Source: a virus
Lineage: Duplodnaviria; Caudoviricetes
Direction: 5' to 3' (one strand)
IMG/VR virus record: IMGVR_UViG_3300028048_000045
Location: 64,001-128,000 of that record
DNA: 64,000 nt
Shown here: positions 59,250-64,000 of the stretch, one piece after another
Layout: every line of letters starts with the position of its first letter
How positions within the stretch are numbered: position 1 is the first letter of the stretch
Position numbers and translations under genes: made by a program
Notes under the pieces: generated by a model
What the model was told of the DNA's origin: nothing
Database searches by the model: none
Seen by the model: only the letters and a program-made list of their open reading frames with translations

Positions 59250-60221
59250 TTATCGATACGACATACATATTTCAGATTCATCACCAGCATAATATGTATT
59301 AGAATTTTCAGTTTTATATGATCCTAAGTTAGGATTATCAGCAGCATCTGTATAAGTTATACCAGTACCATCACCAATAAGAATAGCTAACCAGGTTCGT
59401 TTGTTATAATGTGTTGCTCCAACAAATTCCACTACAGATATGTCTGGATCTATAAATCTTTCATCATCCTTAGGATTTTCTAAATCAGGATAAGTTGTAT
59501 TAAAATATTCAACTTGTCTATCTTTTTCATCATAAATATAATACATTTTTATAGAAAAATTAGACGGATTATTTATACAATCAGTAATTACATCGGAAGC
59601 ACTAAAATTAAAATCCTTAGCATTCAATCTTGTTTCTTCTTTTGTTATAGGATTTATATATCTTATAGCGAATCGTTTCCAGAAAGTTCTATCATTAACA
59701 GCTAAAATTGTATTAATTCTAGATTTATCCTGTTGTTTAATAGAAACTTTTATAAAGTATATATCTTCACGAAGTTTAGTAACTTTAAATATATTATCAT
59801 TGAATATATTCGTAGGTTTAGTTTTTCGCAAAGATCTAGCGATAGGAATGAAAAACTTTGAATTAGAAACTAATTTAGAGAATTTAGAAATATTAGCTAC
59901 AGTCTCAGATGATGGACCACTCATTTCTTTAACCCTATAAGCAAATTGAGATGCACCGTTTTTAATAAGTAATGATTTAGCTTTTTCTTCAGTCATAGTT
60001 TTCAAATCAACTATAGGATTAAATATATTTATTGGTTTTTTAACAGGTTTATTAGAACCGTCGTAGGTAGTTATAATTTCAGTAGTTCGTTTTTCATAAA
60101 CTATCCCATCATAGGAATTTTCTAAAATAACAGATTTAGAAAAATCTACTGGGAAATTAAAAAGATTATAACTGAAATCATTAACAGTGTTTTTTAAACG
60201 TTCATAATCAAAAATACCCAT
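59250..60221 (-). CDS. Hypothetical late protein
   Basis: 323 aa; aggag RBS; in an operon with 60231..61019. Confidence 0.5.
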   Translation of the reverse strand: MGIFDYERLKNTVNDFSYNLFNFPVDFSKSVILENSYDGIVYEKRTTEIITTYDGSNKPVKKPINIFNPIVDLKTMTEEKAKSLLIKNGASQFAYRVKEMSGPSSETVANISKFSKLVSNSKFFIPIARSLRKTKPTNIFNDNIFKVTKLREDIYFIKVSIKQQDKSRINTILAVNDRTFWKRFAIRYINPITKEETRLNAKDFNFSASDVITDCINNPSNFSIKMYYIYDEKDRQVEYFNTTYPDLENPKDDERFIDPDISVVEFVGATHYNKRTWLAILIGDGTGITYTDAADNPNLGSYKTENSNTYYAGDESEICMSYR

Positions 60222-60230
60222 AATTAACTC

Positions 60231-61019
60231 CTATTTAATAGCTTCCTCAATAGGAGAAACAATATCTTTCTTATTTTCACCACGAGTGTGTTCCATAGCA
60301 ACAGTGATACCATATTTAGGATCCCATGAAGTTAATGATGTGAATCCTGATGTATATTTAGGAATATGTTCATAGTTAATCATAGTTCCATTTTTTATTC
60401 CAGCAGCATAATATTTTTCATAAACATTTCTAAATAAAACTGTATAATCTTTAGGATCTCTTGTAAGATTCATACAAATTAATTCAAATGTTGCTAAGTT
60501 AGATTCAAGATCTCCAGATCCATTAATAGCTGCACATTTTTGCCATAATATAGCCAATTCTTCATAAGTAATTGTTTTAGGCATGTGTGCTTTAAGAAGA
60601 ATATCAATGTATTTATCTGAAACATCCAAATCTTGTACAATATTAACGTTTACAATAAATGTATCACCCTTTAAGAAAATTAAATCTATAGATTTTTCTT
60701 TTTTCAAAGTTTCATTTTCAACTTCTTCTATAATTTGAATAGAATCATTTATATGAGAAGGTTTCATAATAATATTTGCTGGGAGTTTCATTGTAAACTT
60801 ATGAGAATATTTAGTCAAATCATCTTCATCAGGATCATCAAAAATCAATCCTTCAAAAATTCCCATTGTTTCTACAACAGTTTGATTTACTCTAGTTACT
60901 CCACTTTCATAAAAATAAGGAGGAATTCTTACAATAAGACGTTCACCATTAAATGTTAATGATCCGTCAGATTCTTCTTTAAAATATTTATCGTAAAGAC
61001 TATTTAATTCATTAGCCAT
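60231..61019 (-). CDS. Probable virion RNAP beta' extreme C-terminal fragment
   Basis: FELICMNLTRD and SGFTSLTSWD..ITVAM resemble the beta' IEVIVRQM and SFISAASFQE..LTEA segments; late motif at 61039-61051. Confidence 0.5.
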   Translation of the reverse strand: MANELNSLYDKYFKEESDGSLTFNGERLIVRIPPYFYESGVTRVNQTVVETMGIFEGLIFDDPDEDDLTKYSHKFTMKLPANIIMKPSHINDSIQIIEEVENETLKKEKSIDLIFLKGDTFIVNVNIVQDLDVSDKYIDILLKAHMPKTITYEELAILWQKCAAINGSGDLESNLATFELICMNLTRDPKDYTVLFRNVYEKYYAAGIKNGTMINYEHIPKYTSGFTSLTSWDPKYGITVAMEHTRGENKKDIVSPIEEAIK

Positions 61020-61112
61020 ATTAAGTCTCCTTTAGGATATATTAAAATGTCAACCTTAAAAGAAAATAAAATAAGATATCGTTGGCATTTGATAGCCAAC
61101 GATACCATTTAA

Positions 61113-63077
61113 TTAACGTCTATTTCTTCTAGATTTTTTCTTAGAAGATTTATTGATCTGTGGTACAAAATCACATTCTTCAATAATGCGCTCAGCACCT
61201 TTCTTAACATCTGAAAGATTATAATGGATAAACTGAATAAGTTCTGTACAATCCTTAATGTAAGTACGACGTGTTTCAATAAGATTTACATTCTTCAAAA
61301 GAATATCATCGTTTTTATTTCCGATAATATATGTAAACTTATCTTTAAGAAGATTTTCTGCAAGATCATACAAACCATCTCCAGAAACATTCTGATCTTC
61401 ACCTTCAGTAATAAGTTTCTGACGATAACCAAGTTCATGCTGACAAATAAAGTTACTCATAACTGTTGAGAACATGATATTCTGTGTTTCACCATTATAA
61501 CCAGCTTCATATAAGAAACCGTTCATAGAAGTGATAAGTTCACCAACCATAAACATGTAATAATCTTCAACAAGTCCGCAGAGAACATTGAATGTGCTTA
61601 CACGTTTCTTATCAGCATCAATTTTATCAGATTTAATAGTTGTGTTGAGATTATAAAATAGATAATATCTTTCATATTTCTGAAGATACTTATAAATAAC
61701 AGCCCAGCTTGAGAAATTCTGTTTTGTAACATTTTCAGGAATAAGTTCAGCAATATCCATCATTACTTTTTCACTGTTAGACCAATCATAATTTGGATCA
61801 GAAGCAATTTTCTTTGTAAACGGATCTTTCTGAATAATATCCATAGCAAGTTTCATACCGTTTTCAGCTACAGTAGGATCAAGAAGAAGATCGATAGTAT
61901 CATCAATCCAATTAGCAAGTTCCTTCAATTCAGTATCAAACAAGTTATTAGGATTCATTCTTGAAGAAATTTTTTCTTCTTCTTCAGGTGTCATTTCCCA
62001 TTCTTTTACAGACGCAATACTTGTATTGAATTTTTTGAGAGCCCAAACCATTGGTAATCTCATAAATTCAAAAGTCTTCATATCTGAAGTAAGAACTTTT
62101 TCAATAGTAAGTTTATCGAAATCAAGTTTTCCCTGACGAATATAAACACGAACTGCTTCAGCAAAATCATCAAGATGTGAATTGTAAAATTTAGATCCAA
62201 ACAAGTTGTATTTCATACTAACTTCAGATTTAATTCTATCACGTTCGATGATATTGTGGAAAAGAGGAGCAATATACATTTTATTAAGAAGTTCATCCAT
62301 AATAAACTGTGTATTATCAATCTTATGACGTTCATCAGAAGATGGTCTCCAAGAATTGCTAAGACGATACTTCTTTACAATGTAATCACTACAAGCTTTA
62401 AGTGTTACAGCTTTAATCAAATCTTCAGCAATACGAGATTCCTTGAATTCTTTATCAAGTTTCCTACCATCCTGCTGAATAGATGCAAGAATAATACGAG
62501 AATTTTCTTTAGATTTACTAAGAGAATCGTAATATTCTTTATCATCTTCTGTAGCTTCACCAGAATCTACAAGCTTCTTAACTTCAAGATAGTTTTCGAT
62601 ATCTGCGTGAGCAATACGAATATATGTTTCTACAGCTTCACGATCGATAAAACCTTCAGAAATAGTACAGAAAACATCAAGTTCTTCTTTAGAAACTTTT
62701 GGGAAATTCTTTTCTTCATCTTCGAATTCAATCTTATCCCAATCAATTTCAGCTTCTTTAGAATGCTTTTCAAGATATTCTTTTGCTTCTGCATCAATTT
62801 TATCGATATCTTCTTTTTTCATAGCATTATCTACAATTTCTTCTGTAGATATATCTGTAGCATCTTCTTCAGTTTTTTCTACAGCAATTTCTGTAGGTTT
62901 TGATTCTTTAAATGCCATTTCGTCAAGAGTTACTAATGTTTCATTTGCACCTCTTGGTCTTGGTCTTGGTGGCACGGAATCTTTCGGAAGATTCCCTTCA
63001 GTTTCAATTACAGCTTCTTTAGAAAATTTAGTTGTCTCTTCAGAAAGCAGTTCATTAGTTTCTTTTTCTTCAGCCAT
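61113..63077 (-). CDS. Hypothetical protein with an acidic N-terminus and basic C-terminus
   Basis: 654 aa; aggag RBS; TACA-N6-TAT motif at 63106-63118. Confidence 0.55.
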   Translation of the reverse strand: MAEEKETNELLSEETTKFSKEAVIETEGNLPKDSVPPRPRPRGANETLVTLDEMAFKESKPTEIAVEKTEEDATDISTEEIVDNAMKKEDIDKIDAEAKEYLEKHSKEAEIDWDKIEFEDEEKNFPKVSKEELDVFCTISEGFIDREAVETYIRIAHADIENYLEVKKLVDSGEATEDDKEYYDSLSKSKENSRIILASIQQDGRKLDKEFKESRIAEDLIKAVTLKACSDYIVKKYRLSNSWRPSSDERHKIDNTQFIMDELLNKMYIAPLFHNIIERDRIKSEVSMKYNLFGSKFYNSHLDDFAEAVRVYIRQGKLDFDKLTIEKVLTSDMKTFEFMRLPMVWALKKFNTSIASVKEWEMTPEEEEKISSRMNPNNLFDTELKELANWIDDTIDLLLDPTVAENGMKLAMDIIQKDPFTKKIASDPNYDWSNSEKVMMDIAELIPENVTKQNFSSWAVIYKYLQKYERYYLFYNLNTTIKSDKIDADKKRVSTFNVLCGLVEDYYMFMVGELITSMNGFLYEAGYNGETQNIMFSTVMSNFICQHELGYRQKLITEGEDQNVSGDGLYDLAENLLKDKFTYIIGNKNDDILLKNVNLIETRRTYIKDCTELIQFIHYNLSDVKKGAERIIEECDFVPQINKSSKKKSRRNRR

Positions 63078-63174
63078 ATATGACTCCTATTATTTAGTAC
63101 TAAATATATAAAAATGTAAGCTAATAATTAAAAATATAAATGTAGGAGAATGAATCTCCTACATTATAAAATAT

Positions 63175-63897
63175 TTAATTTTCTAGCAAATCGATCATAC
63201 CTTGATATCTATTCTTGGTATTTTCCATTTCTTGTCTAGCTTTTTCATATTCTTTTATTTTAGAATCCAACTCAGCAAGTTTAGTATTATAATTTGCTTC
63301 CTTGATACGAGCAGCATTATCCAAATCAATCATTCTTTTTCGGAACGATTTATAGGTAGATTCTCTAGCAGTATCAAGTACATCGTATTCTTCTTTTGTG
63401 ATATATAAATCAGAATAATCACTTTCAACTTCTGTATCAAGATTAGAAAATTCAATAAGACCTTTTATACGATTCAATAACTCAGTTTTAGTCTTTGCTA
63501 TAAATTCGTCTCTATCTATTTCAGTACTAAATTTCCTTACTATAGGATAGATATTAAAGCTTATTTTAGAAACCTTAATATATTCTTCACTTTTATCAAA
63601 ATCTATTAAAGATTCTGGAATAAATACTTTTTCTTCAGTGTAAGAATAAGGTTCTAATGAATCTACTACCAATCCGATATAGATAGTTGTTTCCGGTTTA
63701 ATAGCCGAATAATAACTGGTAAGACCTAAACCAACAGGTTCAAAATAAGTTTTATAGATATTATAGTCATCATCATTGTTACTAACCACATTATCTATAT
63801 TAGTCTTACCAATTATTCGTATATTTGATTTATATCCACCGTACAAACTATTTAAGTAAATAGCATAACTTTTACCATATTCAAGTTTTTCAATCAT
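63175..63897 (-). CDS. Probable virion protein with a C-terminal coiled coil
   Basis: 240 aa; gaggtg RBS; terminator at about 63138-63165 downstream. Confidence 0.45.
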   Translation of the reverse strand: MIEKLEYGKSYAIYLNSLYGGYKSNIRIIGKTNIDNVVSNNDDDYNIYKTYFEPVGLGLTSYYSAIKPETTIYIGLVVDSLEPYSYTEEKVFIPESLIDFDKSEEYIKVSKISFNIYPIVRKFSTEIDRDEFIAKTKTELLNRIKGLIEFSNLDTEVESDYSDLYITKEEYDVLDTARESTYKSFRKRMIDLDNAARIKEANYNTKLAELDSKIKEYEKARQEMENTKNRYQGMIDLLEN

Positions 63898-64000
63898 AGT
63901 GGAATCACCTCACAAATTATACTTCTACATAATTAAAAGATTTAGCAAAAGCTTTACCTTTATGAGCGATAACTGTAAAGTTAACATTGTTGATAATAAA

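Noticed and set aside
62256-62903. 215-aa plus-strand ORF and the many other 60-140 aa ORFs nested in or antisense to long genes
   Set aside because: They are F/I/S-rich shadow translations of the codon-biased real genes, with no RBS or promoter motif.
62952-62972. Short (cttggt)n repeat
   Set aside because: It encodes PPRPRPR in a disordered N-terminus and is too short to suggest a functional DNA repeat.
1-64000. CRISPR array, tRNA/rRNA genes, IS elements or integrase
   Set aside because: I saw no regularly spaced repeats, cloverleafs or transposase/integrase motifs, and intergenic gaps are short and explained by terminators and promoters. This was a scan by eye; tRNAscan-SE and a CRISPR finder would be decisive.
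1-64000. Stop-codon reassignment, as seen in some gut jumbo phages
   Set aside because: Conserved genes are full length in the standard code, and TAG and TGA both end genes next to the following gene's start (for example 46172, 57485, 60231, 51702).
1-64000. Phage nucleus (chimallin/PhuZ) or uracil-DNA genome
   Set aside because: No recognisable chimallin, tubulin or dU-metabolism gene lies in this window, so neither can be claimed.

Overview
This very AT-rich, densely coding window comes from a jumbo myophage of the phiKZ/AR9/PBS1-like group. It is not bacterial chromosome. It carries fragments of two multisubunit RNA polymerases: a beta'-N subunit with the catalytic ADYDGD loop, a beta-C subunit, a probable beta'-C fragment of the virion enzyme, and a beta'-C subunit probably of the non-virion enzyme. 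It also encodes a portal, baseplate/tail proteins, an array of paralogous inner-head proteins with S/A/G-x-E prohead-protease sites, a GroEL-like chaperonin, a family-B DNA polymerase module, an SF2 helicase, RNase HI, a MYG1-like nuclease and many small early genes. Two promoter-like motifs are readable: an AR9-like late motif (D)ACA-N6-TAT and a phiKZ-like early motif TT(A/G)TATATTA(T/C). The strongest new observations are: (1) a shared N-terminal 'MINNDKIF-S/A-x-E' leader on unrelated late cargo proteins, a candidate capsid-targeting tag for loading enzymes into the virion; (2) a well-supported -1 programmed frameshift joining 39959..42031 to 39534..39842; (3) a protease-site-punctuated polyprotein with a toxin-like domain; (4) repeated terminator+promoter+leader modules, including a duplicated gene with a conserved RNA hairpin. 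All protein family calls come from motif recognition by eye; no database search was run.
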